This document shows positions 20,627 through 30,753 of a stretch of 64,000 nucleotides of DNA, piece by piece (the stretch's first letter is position 1; each line of letters begins with the position of its first letter). This stretch comes from an archaeon (GTDB lineage: Archaea > Nanobdellota > Nanobdellia > CSSed11-243R1): NCBI GenBank assembly GCA_024277205.1, contig JAJRVP010000013.1, forward strand, positions 8,735-72,734, given 5' to 3'. Position numbers and translations under genes: made by a program. The notes below the pieces were generated by a model that saw nothing but the letters and a program-made list of their open reading frames with translations, had not been told where the DNA came from and made no database searches.

Positions 20627-21920
20627 TTTTGATTACAACTTTAATATCAAAGGGCTTATTTAATTTTTCTAAAACTTTCATCTTTAAAGTTTTAAATTCA
20701 CTTTCAAGATTTTTTATCTTATTTTTTAAATTTAAGATTTCTTTTTCAATCTCTTTATCCCATTTTTCAGAAACTTTTAATGTTTCAACCGCATTTTCAT
20801 AATCATTATCTTGAAATTTTTCTAGTTTTAATCTGAGGTTTTTGATTTCGTCTTCAATTTTTTCAATTTTGCTTTTGTATTCCTCAAAAAGAGTTGGGGC
20901 TTTGTCAATAATTTCAAATATTTTTTGTTTAGTTTTTTCATCAAATTTTAATTTATTTTTTTCAATTAACTTTTTAACATCTTTGATTATTTCAATAATT
21001 TCTTTTGATTTATCTAACTTCATACCTTCCATAGGCTCATGGATATATCCTTCTATAATCTTTATTTTTTCTTTATCAAGAAGTTCGCCATAATAGTGCA
21101 GATATTTTCTGAGGGCTTTATTAAGAGCATTTGCTTTATGTCTTAGTTCCAATTTTAATCTTTCTTGTTCTCTTTTTAATTCTGAAATTTGATGCTCAGT
21201 TGAAATTTTTTCTTTAAATTGCGAAGAATTTTCAATTTCTTTTATTTTGGCAGTTAAAATTTCCTTATTTTTATGCAAGCTTTCTAATTCTTTATTTTGT
21301 TCTTCCAACTCTTTTTTACTTTTTTCAATCTGTTTCTTTAGATGAATTAATCTTTTTGCATCTTTTTTAAGAGAGATAATGGCATTTGCTTTTTCTTGTT
21401 TTTCCCCAACTATTCCTTCTAATTCTTTTAACTTTAAACTAATATTTTTAAAAATATTATTTAGTTCTAGCATCTGCTTTTTAAAAGCGAGTTTGACAAA
21501 TTCTCCATGTTTACTAAGAAGGTTGGTTAATTCTTTTAATGCTTTCCAATTTTTTTCTTTAAATTCCACTAAATTATCCCAATTTTTTATTTCAAAGTTT
21601 GAATCAAGAAAACGTTTTGATATGAAAACACATTTATCTGCAAGATTATCTCTTCCAATTAGGATTCTTTTTTTCAATCGCGGGTCTATATCTGTAGTAA
21701 TTTTGCTTTCTTTTAGATTGTGTGCTATTTTAGATATCTCTTTAAAGTAAGCAGAAATTTTAGATTTAATCTTATTAGATTTATCATAAATATCTGCGAA
21801 CTCTTTTTGCTCTAAATCTTGGATTAATGATTCAAAATCTTCTAATTTAATTGTTTGTTCTTTTATTTCTGGCTCTTTTTTCTTGAACCATTTTAGGAAG
21901 TTAAACATATTAAAAATCAA
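20610..21920 (-). CDS. long coiled-coil protein (436 aa)
   Basis: Heptad-rich K/E/L composition throughout; no NTPase motifs; overlaps the start of the ABC ATPase gene (same operon). Confidence 0.5.
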   Translation of the reverse strand: MIFNMFNFLKWFKKKEPEIKEQTIKLEDFESLIQDLEQKEFADIYDKSNKIKSKISAYFKEISKIAHNLKESKITTDIDPRLKKRILIGRDNLADKCVFISKRFLDSNFEIKNWDNLVEFKEKNWKALKELTNLLSKHGEFVKLAFKKQMLELNNIFKNISLKLKELEGIVGEKQEKANAIISLKKDAKRLIHLKKQIEKSKKELEEQNKELESLHKNKEILTAKIKEIENSSQFKEKISTEHQISELKREQERLKLELRHKANALNKALRKYLHYYGELLDKEKIKIIEGYIHEPMEGMKLDKSKEIIEIIKDVKKLIEKNKLKFDEKTKQKIFEIIDKAPTLFEEYKSKIEKIEDEIKNLRLKLEKFQDNDYENAVETLKVSEKWDKEIEKEILNLKNKIKNLESEFKTLKMKVLEKLNKPFDIKVVIKNETFN

Positions 21921-21985
21921 AATAGTGTTGTTTATTAGTTCTTCGCAAACATTTTTAAATTAACAACTTCTTAGTTACGATATAT

Positions 21986-22996
21986 TTGGGGGTGGTTTTA
22001 TTGGTTAGTGTTCTTATTGGAGACGAAAAAATTGAATTAACAGAAAAAGAGATTCAAGCTCGTTCTAAAGTTTGTTTGCCACTTGATGGGTTAACAGAAG
22101 AGCAAGCACATGAAAGGATAAAAGAATTAGGGGATTTGGTTGGCATTTTCAAAGTTAATGATTTGTTTACTTCAATGGGCCCAAGAGCAGTTGAAATGAT
22201 TCAGAAACATGGGGCTAAATGTTTTCTAGATTTGAAATTTCATGATATACCAAATACAGTTAAAAATTATGCATTTCATGCAACAAATCTTGGGGTATAT
22301 ATGTTTAATGTCCATGCTTCTGGTGGTTTGGATATGATGCGTGCAGCAGTTGAAGGAGTTGAATCAGCAGTAGAAGAAGCAGAGAAGTATGGTATTGAAT
22401 TACCAAGACCAAGAATATACGGTGTAACTGTTTTAACAAGCTTGGATTTAGCCAGATTTTTACATAATAATGTACCTATTTTTAAAGCAGGAATTAAGTG
22501 TGTTCCAACAAATGAGGTCCTATCTCAATTTACGCTTGGTTGGGAAAGAATTAACTTTGAGGATTATTATGGTATTGAAAAGTTAATGAGTCAAAAGAAA
22601 ACCACAAATCCAACAGAGGAAGAGGAGCTGAAAATTAAAGAATGGGAACTTGTTTTATCAAACGACCACATGAACAATCTAATTAATAAGCAGGTTCTTC
22701 ATTTGGCAGAATTGACTCATAAGTCTGGATTGGATGGAATTGTTTGTTCTGCTGGAGAATTAGATTATGTCAAGCCATATCTTCCAGATAATTTTTCCTA
22801 TGTAACACCAGGAATAAAGGCACCAATTACTGGAAAGGTTGGTAAAGACCAACTAAGAGTTTTTACACCAAGCGAGGCAATAAGGCGTGGCTCTGACATT
22901 CTTGTTATTGGAAGAGCAATAACAGGGTACAATACTCCAGAAGAAAGGAGAAGAGCAGCATATCAAGTTCTTCAGGATATTGCATCTGTATTATGA
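21986..22996 (+). CDS. pyrF: orotidine 5'-phosphate decarboxylase (long, about 336 aa form)
   Basis: Active-site DLKFHDIPNT (D-x-K-x-x-D) motif and KVND substrate loop; longer than typical archaeal PyrF. Confidence 0.8.
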   Translation: MGVVLLVSVLIGDEKIELTEKEIQARSKVCLPLDGLTEEQAHERIKELGDLVGIFKVNDLFTSMGPRAVEMIQKHGAKCFLDLKFHDIPNTVKNYAFHATNLGVYMFNVHASGGLDMMRAAVEGVESAVEEAEKYGIELPRPRIYGVTVLTSLDLARFLHNNVPIFKAGIKCVPTNEVLSQFTLGWERINFEDYYGIEKLMSQKKTTNPTEEEELKIKEWELVLSNDHMNNLINKQVLHLAELTHKSGLDGIVCSAGELDYVKPYLPDNFSYVTPGIKAPITGKVGKDQLRVFTPSEAIRRGSDILVIGRAITGYNTPEERRRAAYQVLQDIASVL

Positions 22997-23685
22997 GGTG
23001 TGATAAAATGGCTTTTGATAGAGAAAAATATGAAATGTTTTTGATAGAAAATAACTGTGTTGGTTTTTTTGACCCACCAGTAACATTGGCATCAGGGAGA
23101 CCTGGATATTGGTATATGAATTTCAGAACTTTATTGAGTAATCTTAAATTAAAAGATGAAATGCTTAGGTTTGCATATTCATTTATGGAAGAACATAATC
23201 TTAAACCTGTTTGTTTTTATGGTGTTCCTGAGGGTGCAACACAATGGGGTTTGGGATTAACAGACATGATTGATTATCTTCCACCAGAACAAGTAAAACC
23301 AACAATTGGAAGGGCAAAACCAAAGAAGCATGGAGACCCAAAAGACAAGTATTTTATTGGAAATCTTATGCCTGGGGACAATATAGTAGTTATTGAAGAT
23401 GTAACTACAACAGGGAGTTCACTTTTGGGAGAATTAGATAAATTATCCGAAGCAGGATTAGAAATATTAAAAGTTGTTGCATTTGGCAATAGGCTTGAAA
23501 TTGGAAATGATGGAAAAAGTGTTGCTGAATTAGTTGCAGATAAAGGATATGAATATGTTGCATTAACAGATACATCCACCATACTTCCATTAGCATATAA
23601 TATAAAACAACCTGGAAGAAAAATTGCTGAGAAGATTGAGAAATATTCCAGGCAATACGGTGCAGTTGAATTAAAACTTTTGTGA
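22993..23685 (+). CDS. pyrE: orotate phosphoribosyltransferase
   Basis: PRPP-binding motif VVIEDVTTTGSS; overlaps the pyrF stop. Confidence 0.8.
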   Translation: MRCDKMAFDREKYEMFLIENNCVGFFDPPVTLASGRPGYWYMNFRTLLSNLKLKDEMLRFAYSFMEEHNLKPVCFYGVPEGATQWGLGLTDMIDYLPPEQVKPTIGRAKPKKHGDPKDKYFIGNLMPGDNIVVIEDVTTTGSSLLGELDKLSEAGLEILKVVAFGNRLEIGNDGKSVAELVADKGYEYVALTDTSTILPLAYNIKQPGRKIAEKIEKYSRQYGAVELKLL

Positions 23686-23689
23686 GAAC

Positions 23690-24586
23690 ATGAGAAAACT
23701 AGAAATTTATCCACCAATAATGAATGCATGCGGAATACTTAGCTATCTTTCTGTTTTTGAACATTTAGAAGAATTAGGTGCGGATGTTGGTGCGTGGATT
23801 CCAAAATCAATTGGGCCAAGAGAAAAACAAGGAAATGAAAACCCTGTTATCCATTTTAATGGTTCTGTTTTGATGAATTCAATGGCACTTCCATCAATGA
23901 GCCCAGATGATTTTGAAAAAGAACTTAGAGAATACAGAGGAGAGACACCATTGATAATATCGCATTATGGAGAAACCCCAGATGATTATGCAAGAAGTGT
24001 GGCAAGATTTGATAAATACTGTATTGCACATGAGATAAATATATCTTGCCCGAATTTTGTTCCTGGTGAAAAATCTATTTTAGAGAAATTAGAACCTGCA
24101 GAAGTATTAAGAGAAGTAAGAAAAGAGACAGACAAGCCAGTTATTGCAAAACTTTCTCCAAGTGACAATTACATTGGAATCGCTCAACAAATTGTGGATT
24201 ATGTGGATTACATAAATTGTGGAAACACTCTTGCAAGAGGTTTGGAAATAGAACCCTATAGTGGAAGGGCATACCTTGCAGGAACATTTGGTGGACTTTC
24301 TGGAGAAGCAATTCGCCCAATCACAACGAGGATGGTTTATGATATGTATAAATCTTTTGGAAATAGAATTGGAATAATTGCTACAGGTGGCATTTCAAAA
24401 CCAGATCACATAATCTCTTATGCAAGAGCAGGTGCTTCTCTATTTCAAATAGGAACAGCGCTCCACAAAAACTCAACATTCACAGCATTTTTCTTAAGAA
24501 ACATATGGAAAGATGTTGAAGAAATTCTAAAAGCAATTAATGTTAAATCAATTGATGAGATTGTGGGTGTTAATTTTGTTGGCTAA
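23690..24586 (+). CDS. pyrD: dihydroorotate dehydrogenase catalytic subunit (class 1B-like)
   Basis: TIM-barrel DHOD motifs (NISCPN, IIATGGI). Confidence 0.85.
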   Translation: MRKLEIYPPIMNACGILSYLSVFEHLEELGADVGAWIPKSIGPREKQGNENPVIHFNGSVLMNSMALPSMSPDDFEKELREYRGETPLIISHYGETPDDYARSVARFDKYCIAHEINISCPNFVPGEKSILEKLEPAEVLREVRKETDKPVIAKLSPSDNYIGIAQQIVDYVDYINCGNTLARGLEIEPYSGRAYLAGTFGGLSGEAIRPITTRMVYDMYKSFGNRIGIIATGGISKPDHIISYARAGASLFQIGTALHKNSTFTAFFLRNIWKDVEEILKAINVKSIDEIVGVNFVG

Positions 24587-25328
24587 GAAAAGGTTTGTCA
24601 TTAAAGGAGTAGTAGAACACAATCCATATATGAAGACTTTTGTATTTGAAGAATCTTTTAAGGCAAATCCTGGACAATTTGCAATGGTTTTTATTCCAGG
24701 TGTTGGTGAAAAGCCATTTTCATTAAGTTCGGGCGAGAGCATCACTGTTGAGAAACGAGGACATTTTACAGAAAAATTTTTTGAGATGGGGAAAGGAGAT
24801 TTTGTTTATATTCGCGAACCATTAGGAATTGGATTTTACAGAATGAATTACCTTGCAATTGCAGGTGGCTCTGGGATTGCACCAATAATTCATTTAGTGC
24901 ACGATGGAGATGTTAAAACCCTTCTTTATGGTGCAAAAGACAAAGAACATTTAATCTTAAATTCATTAGAGCAAAGGACAGAAGTTAGATATGCAACAGA
25001 TGATGGTTCTTATGGATATCCTGGTTTTGTAACAGATTTAATCACAAAAGAACTTGTGGATGAATATGAGTTTTTTGCAATTTGTGGACCTGAAGTAATG
25101 ATGAAACATGCAGCTGATAAGCTCGTTGAATTTGGTGTCCCTTCAGAGAACATCGAGCTCTCTCTTGAAAGATATATGAAATGTGGAGAGGGGCTTTGCG
25201 GAATCTGCGAAATTTCTGGAAGGCGTGTTTGTGTTGATGGTCCTGTTTTCACATATGATGAAGTTTTGAAAATGCCAGACTTTACAAAATTTAAACGAGC
25301 AAAATCTGGAAAAAAGGTGGTGCTATAA
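24540..25328 (+). CDS. pyrK: dihydroorotate dehydrogenase electron-transfer subunit (FAD/2Fe-2S)
   Basis: C-terminal cysteine cluster CGEGLCGICE...C; FAD/NAD-binding-like N-terminal domain; the true start is probably downstream of 24540. Confidence 0.8.
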   Translation: MLNQLMRLWVLILLAKKRFVIKGVVEHNPYMKTFVFEESFKANPGQFAMVFIPGVGEKPFSLSSGESITVEKRGHFTEKFFEMGKGDFVYIREPLGIGFYRMNYLAIAGGSGIAPIIHLVHDGDVKTLLYGAKDKEHLILNSLEQRTEVRYATDDGSYGYPGFVTDLITKELVDEYEFFAICGPEVMMKHAADKLVEFGVPSENIELSLERYMKCGEGLCGICEISGRRVCVDGPVFTYDEVLKMPDFTKFKRAKSGKKVVL

Positions 25329-26581
25329 TGGATTACTCAAACTTTTTTTCAAAAAGAACAAATTTAGTAACTGCTAGTTTTATAAGAAACATACTAAAAG
25401 CTGCAAAAGAACCAGGAGTAATCTCATTTGCAGGTGGGCTTCCAAACCCCCAAACTTTTCCAACAGAAGAACTTCAAGATATTCTTGCAGAAGTGGGTAA
25501 GGATAAGGCCGCATATCAATATGACACAACAGAAGGTTATGCTCCTTTAAGAAAATCTGTTGTGGAGTATATGTCAAAACTTGGAATAAATGCAGATATA
25601 AACAATGTTCTTATTACAACTGGTTCTCAGCAGGCATTATTTGAAACCGCACTTTTATTTTTGAATAGAGGAGATAGAGCAATTGTTGAAGAACCAACTT
25701 TTATTGGTGGAATTGGACCCTTCAAACTTTTTGGTTTTGAATCTCCAAATTCAGATAATATCGAAGGAATAGCAATGGATGATAAAGGTTTGCTTGTTGA
25801 TGAATTGGAAAGTAGATTAATGATTCTAAAAAATAAAAAATGGCAAATGCCAAAATTCGTATACACCATTCCAACATTTCAAAATCCAACAGGGATTACC
25901 ATGTGCGAAAAAAGAAGGAAAAAACTTCTTGACTTAGCACATGAATACGATTTTTTGATTATAGAGGACGACCCTTATGGAAGAATAAGTTATGAAGAAA
26001 ATGTTCCAAAACCAATTAAGAGTTTTGATGAGGAAGGAAGAGTTGTATACTTAGGAACATTTTCCAAGATATTTGCTCCAGGCTATAGGGTTGCTTGGGT
26101 TATTGCACCTACAGAAATTGTGGCTCAAATGGCAAAACTCAAACAAAATATTGATTTGCATACAGAAACATTTGGACAAATGGTTATCCAAAGATACATG
26201 GAACTTGGATTGCTTGAAAAGCACATACAAGAGATTATTCCATTTTATCAAGAAAAAAGAGACATCATGTTAAAATCAATGGACGCTCATTTTGACAAAG
26301 GATATTCTAACTGGGTAAAACCAAAAGGCGGGCTTTTTACATGGATAACTGTTCAAGGAGTAGATACATTGGCTTTAGCAGATTTAGCTGTAAAGAAGTA
26401 TAGAGTTGCATTTGTACCAGGACCTGCGTTTTATCTCCATCCCGATGTTGGGGGAGATGGTATGAGGATAAACTTTAGTTATCCTTCAAATGAACAGATA
26501 GAAGAAGGAGTAATACGTCTTGCAAATGCAATTGAAGAAGAAAGGAAAAAAGCATTTGAAGAGACACCCACAATGATTTAA
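25328..26581 (+). CDS. PLP-dependent aminotransferase (class I, LysN/2-aminoadipate aminotransferase-like)
   Basis: 417 aa, SFAGGLPNP motif and fold-type I features; overlaps the pyrK stop. Confidence 0.75.
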   Translation: MDYSNFFSKRTNLVTASFIRNILKAAKEPGVISFAGGLPNPQTFPTEELQDILAEVGKDKAAYQYDTTEGYAPLRKSVVEYMSKLGINADINNVLITTGSQQALFETALLFLNRGDRAIVEEPTFIGGIGPFKLFGFESPNSDNIEGIAMDDKGLLVDELESRLMILKNKKWQMPKFVYTIPTFQNPTGITMCEKRRKKLLDLAHEYDFLIIEDDPYGRISYEENVPKPIKSFDEEGRVVYLGTFSKIFAPGYRVAWVIAPTEIVAQMAKLKQNIDLHTETFGQMVIQRYMELGLLEKHIQEIIPFYQEKRDIMLKSMDAHFDKGYSNWVKPKGGLFTWITVQGVDTLALADLAVKKYRVAFVPGPAFYLHPDVGGDGMRINFSYPSNEQIEEGVIRLANAIEEERKKAFEETPTMI

Positions 26582-27348
26582 TTTTTTAATTTTATTGAAA
26601 AAACACCCCCCACATTTTTCAAAATTTGTTTTCTTACTTCTTCGGTTTCCATTTCTTTTATTTCTGCAATCTTTTCTATCACCAAAGAAATATTTCTTGG
26701 GTCATTTCTTTCCCTACTTGGCCCAAGATAGGGAGAATCTGTTTCAGTTAGTATGTTCTGAATAGGCAGTGCTTCAACAAGCCTTTGGTGTTTTTTGCTC
26801 CTTACAATAATTGGGGCTATAGAAAAGTAAAATCCTTCTGCAGCACCCATTTTTGCTAATTCAACATCTCCTCCAAAAGCGTGAAGAACAACAGGAACAT
26901 GGGCCATTTTTGAAAGTATGGCGATTGTTTCTTTTTCAGCATTTCTCGAATGCACATTTAAAGGTAATCTATTCTTATTCGCAAACCAGATAATCTCTTT
27001 AAATCTTTCAATTTCCAACTGCCTTTTTGCTTCATCTTTTATCCAATAGAAGTCCAAACCAACCTCTCCAAGTCCAATAATAGATTTTTTATTTTCTTCA
27101 ATAAATTTTAGCTCTTTGAAGAATTCCACATCAATCATTTCTGCAGCTTGAATAGGGTATATGCCAAGACACAAATTTACATTTTTGTATTTTAAAAGTT
27201 TTAAAGAATTTTTATTTCCTTTGGGCTCACCACTGCAGTTTATAATGAAAATACCTTTTTCTTCGCATTCTTTTAGAATTTTGTCTCTATCTTTGTCAAA
27301 TATTTCTTCATTCATATGCGCATGGACATCAATATATTGGATTTTCAT
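26578..27348 (-). CDS. tatD: TatD-family metal-dependent DNase/hydrolase
   Basis: 256 aa, N-terminal DVHAHM metal-binding motif; TIM-barrel hydrolase. Confidence 0.8.
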   Translation of the reverse strand: MKIQYIDVHAHMNEEIFDKDRDKILKECEEKGIFIINCSGEPKGNKNSLKLLKYKNVNLCLGIYPIQAAEMIDVEFFKELKFIEENKKSIIGLGEVGLDFYWIKDEAKRQLEIERFKEIIWFANKNRLPLNVHSRNAEKETIAILSKMAHVPVVLHAFGGDVELAKMGAAEGFYFSIAPIIVRSKKHQRLVEALPIQNILTETDSPYLGPSRERNDPRNISLVIEKIAEIKEMETEEVRKQILKNVGGVFSIKLKN

Positions 27349-28178
27349 TTTTTAATCACATAAAATATTTCGTTTTCGAAGTTTAATACTTTTACCTCAT
27401 ATTCAAGCCTTTTACACATTTTTATAATCCAGTCGCGGTTTGCTTTTTTCATCTCTTTTTGCCCAATTGTTTTTGTTGAAAAGCTAACAACAACCCACTT
27501 TGCTGTAATTGATTTTATTAGCAACTCCGCAATTTTTCTGCTTTTGATTATTGCTGTATCCAAAAATTTGAAAAGAAAAGCAACATCAAATTTGGGAAAT
27601 TTTTCAAAAATATTTTTTTCTTTTATTTTCAATAAATCCATTGCTTTTGCTTTGCCATTGATTTTTTCTTTTTTGAAAAATTTGCTAATTAGCTTAGCAT
27701 CTTCTTCGGATATATCAATTGCCCAATATGTCAAATTTTTAATATTCATATGTCCAAAAGAAAATGGATTCATGCCACAAGCCAAATCCAGAATTGATTT
27801 TGGCTTTCCAGTGATTCCCCAAATTTTTTCATATAACTTTGGATAACTCCCAAACCTTTCTTTTGTTGATAAATGGCTTTTAAGAATTGAATCGTAATCT
27901 CTTTTTTCTAGAAATTCTTTTCGCTTTTCAAAATCTTTCTTTGCATAGACACCATAAACTTTTCTAAGCTCACTTCTAATTTTTTTTATTAATTGCTTGT
28001 ATTTTCCCGAGCGGCTTAATGTTTTTGGCTCATGTTCGATTAAGAAATTTTTAAGTTTTGCATTGCTGCTCAAATATTTTTTAACTATTTTCTCTATAAA
28101 ATAATCGTCAATTGCAAAAAGCTCTTTCTTTTTCTTTACATCTTCAACTATTTTTCTAATTAATTCTCTAATTTTCAT
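27345..28178 (-). CDS. SAM-dependent methyltransferase resembling the FmrO/ArmA/Rmt family of 16S rRNA (G1405-N7) methyltransferases
   Basis: N-terminal helical region with H-x-S-T-x-E-R-like motif (HLSTKERF) followed by LDLACGMNP SAM-binding motif. Confidence 0.45.
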   Translation of the reverse strand: MKIRELIRKIVEDVKKKKELFAIDDYFIEKIVKKYLSSNAKLKNFLIEHEPKTLSRSGKYKQLIKKIRSELRKVYGVYAKKDFEKRKEFLEKRDYDSILKSHLSTKERFGSYPKLYEKIWGITGKPKSILDLACGMNPFSFGHMNIKNLTYWAIDISEEDAKLISKFFKKEKINGKAKAMDLLKIKEKNIFEKFPKFDVAFLFKFLDTAIIKSRKIAELLIKSITAKWVVVSFSTKTIGQKEMKKANRDWIIKMCKRLEYEVKVLNFENEIFYVIKK

Positions 28179-28220
28179 GGTTAATTAAAATAAAAGAAAA
28201 GAAAAAAGGCTTTCGCCTGT

Positions 28221-28508
28221 CTAATCCTTGCCCAAGACAATTTCAATTGTTGAAATTCTTACTTTTTTTCCGTCTTCACCTTCGAACTCTTCAGAGTTTA
28301 TTCTAATGTCCTTTAATTTTACATCTTGTACAAATCTATTTCTTACAACTTCTGCTACATCTACTGCTCTACTTATGTATTTTCCTCTGGCTTTTACTGT
28401 AACTTCTTTTACTCCAGAGTTGAATTGCATAACAACTCCTGTTACGTAGTTCATAAATGGCTTCTTTCCAATAAAGACTACGCTGTCTCCTTCTTTCTTT
28501 TCAGCCAT
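28221..28508 (-). CDS. albA: DNA/RNA-binding protein Alba
   Basis: 95 aa, strong Alba signature ([22 protein letters not shown]...[15 protein letters not shown]). Confidence 0.92.
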   Translation of the reverse strand: MAEKKEGDSVVFIGKKPFMNYVTGVVMQFNSGVKEVTVKARGKYISRAVDVAEVVRNRFVQDVKLKDIRINSEEFEGEDGKKVRISTIEIVLGKD

Positions 28509-28509
28509 T

Positions 28510-28713
28510 CTAACGCACCTCCGTATCCTTGCTTGATTTAATCAAATGGACAATACATCCTGCTATTTTATTTCTTAGCTGTTTTGAAGGTATTTCTGCT
28601 ATTTCATCTAATGCTTTTTTATTCTTTTCAAAATCAGTACTAAATTTATCCTTATGCTCTTCAAACAATTCTTTTGATTTCCGTTTAATGTATGTTGTTC
28701 TTATACGTCCCAT
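28510..28713 (-). CDS. rps17e: ribosomal protein S17e
   Basis: 67 aa, MGRIRT...[20 protein letters not shown] matches the S17e consensus. Confidence 0.88.
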   Translation of the reverse strand: MGRIRTTYIKRKSKELFEEHKDKFSTDFEKNKKALDEIAEIPSKQLRNKIAGCIVHLIKSSKDTEVR

Positions 28714-28838
28714 ATTTCAACCCTTTTTATAGCGCACTCTACACGCTTATAACTAATAATATGGAAATTTTTGGCTTTTTAAAGCTTTCTTAACACCTTT
28801 CAGTAAGTTTATTAAATTCAAAAATCCATAGAAATATT

Positions 28839-29735
28839 ATGGTATTTGGGGAAATAATAATAATAGCAGCATTAGTTATTGGATTTTTCTTAGCATTTAC
28901 AAAGTATCCATCTGTTAGATTTGGAACATATCTTGTTAGTTTGCTTGTCCTTGCCGGGCTTTTTTTCAAATTTTTTGTTAAAAAATATGACGAACACCAA
29001 CGCGCAATCATATTCCGCATGGGAAAATTCAATAGAATTGCAGGCCCTGGCTGGGCAGTTGTTATTCCCTTTTTTGAAAAAGAATTTGCAAAAGTTGACA
29101 TAAGAACAAAGATGTTAGACCTATATGTTCCAGTTGCATTTACAAATGATGATTTGAGACTTAAACTTGATGGTGTCATTTACTATAGAATTGTTGACCC
29201 AAATAAAGCAATTCTAAAAATAGACAACTACATGTCTGGATTAACAAATCTCATAGTTTCCCAAACAAGAAACCTTATTTCTTCACTAAGTATGCGCGAA
29301 GTATTTGGAAAACTTCCAGAACTAAACAGATTACTTGCAGACGCTATAAGGCGCGCAACATGGAAATGGGGCATTGATGTCCCAATGGTTCAAATAAGAA
29401 GTGTTGTACCACCAGAAGAAATAGCAGTTGCAATGCAGCAAAAAGAAATTGCAGCCCAATTTATGCAAGCTCAGAAATTCAGAGCTGAAGCACGCAAAGT
29501 TGCAATTGAAGCACTTGGGGAAGCTGCTAAGAAACTTGAGGATAGGGCGCTAATGTACTTGTATTTAAAAGCACTTGAAGAGATTAGCAAAGGCTCAGGA
29601 ACAAAACTTGTTTTCCCAGCACAATTTATGAATGTAATGAAAGGTGGGTTTGGAATAGGAACAGGTTTAAATGCAGCAGGACTTGACTTGAAAGAAGCAG
29701 TAGAAAAAGTAAAAGAAAAAATAAAAACTACATAA
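28839..29735 (+). CDS. SPFH/band-7 (stomatin/prohibitin-like) membrane protein
   Basis: N-terminal TM helices followed by an SPFH domain and a coiled-coil tail. Confidence 0.8.
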   Translation: MVFGEIIIIAALVIGFFLAFTKYPSVRFGTYLVSLLVLAGLFFKFFVKKYDEHQRAIIFRMGKFNRIAGPGWAVVIPFFEKEFAKVDIRTKMLDLYVPVAFTNDDLRLKLDGVIYYRIVDPNKAILKIDNYMSGLTNLIVSQTRNLISSLSMREVFGKLPELNRLLADAIRRATWKWGIDVPMVQIRSVVPPEEIAVAMQQKEIAAQFMQAQKFRAEARKVAIEALGEAAKKLEDRALMYLYLKALEEISKGSGTKLVFPAQFMNVMKGGFGIGTGLNAAGLDLKEAVEKVKEKIKTT

Positions 29736-30708
29736 TCTTTTTTATTTCTTCTAAAAATTCATCTTCTTTTTCTCTAGGAATTCTTGCTCCAGCAGCATTT
29801 TTTAAACCACCGCCAAAACCACCAACTTTTTTACAAACAGTGCTAAATATCTCACCCAAATTTACATCAAGCTTTGTGCGCCCTTCAATAGAAAGATCCC
29901 CATCTACAAAATTGTTTGAAACAATACAAATGAGGTTGGGATAGAAATTTACCAATGTGCCTGCAACATAGCTTTCTATTGGGAATTTGCTTTTAATTGG
30001 ATAATACATAATTTTATTTTCTATCTTGACAAAATCTTTATGGAACAAGAGCCAATAATCCCTTTCTTTTTGAGATAGCCTTTTTAGTCTCATTAATTTT
30101 TGAGAGTTTGGAGTACTTCCAAATATTGTTGTTGGCATTGACATGCTTTCAGCTTCTATCAAAGAATTTATTCCATAATTGATTCCTTTCTCACCAAAAA
30201 TTTTTGTAGAAGCAATAAAACTCACCATTGATTGCAATTGTTCATCTTTAAGCATTGGATAAAATTTTGAATAAATGCTTTTTATTTCTTTAAATCCAGA
30301 TTCGTCCTTGTCAGACAAGCAACCAAGTGCGCAAATCCAAGAAGCACTTTCAATATTTGCAAATTTGCTGCAGTATTTGTATGTTAAGTATGCAGCACAA
30401 TGTTTTGTGTCATGGAATATCTCCCAATCTCCTACTTTTCCTTTGTAAGGATGGTGGTCTATAACCAACATAGGTATTCCAACATCTTCTATTGATTGAA
30501 TAGGTACATCTAATGAGACAATCAAATCTGGTTTGTATTCTTTTATCCTTTCCTTTACTGTTTTATCAAATCCAACATGTTGCGGAGAAGTAATTGCAGT
30601 TGGAAAATTTCCAAGCTTTTTTAGCATAATTGAGAATATTGCTGCAGAAGCTATTCCATCACCATCCCTATGCGTTACAATTAATATTTTCTTTCCTTTG
30701 AAATCCAT
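29728..30708 (-). CDS. DHH-family phosphoesterase (NrnA/RecJ-like nanoRNase)
   Basis: DHH motif (LVIDHHP), DxD N-terminal motif (HRDGDG), DHHA1-like GGFGGGLKNAAG. Confidence 0.8.
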   Translation of the reverse strand: MDFKGKKILIVTHRDGDGIASAAIFSIMLKKLGNFPTAITSPQHVGFDKTVKERIKEYKPDLIVSLDVPIQSIEDVGIPMLVIDHHPYKGKVGDWEIFHDTKHCAAYLTYKYCSKFANIESASWICALGCLSDKDESGFKEIKSIYSKFYPMLKDEQLQSMVSFIASTKIFGEKGINYGINSLIEAESMSMPTTIFGSTPNSQKLMRLKRLSQKERDYWLLFHKDFVKIENKIMYYPIKSKFPIESYVAGTLVNFYPNLICIVSNNFVDGDLSIEGRTKLDVNLGEIFSTVCKKVGGFGGGLKNAAGARIPREKEDEFLEEIKKIM

Positions 30709-30753
30709 AGTATCCCCGCAACTCTTTTAAGCTATGAAATCTAAGAATTATAT

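Noticed and set aside
20610-21920. Coiled-coil protein as a possible SMC/Rad50-type ATPase
   Set aside because: No Walker A/B or signature motifs; pure heptad-repeat composition.
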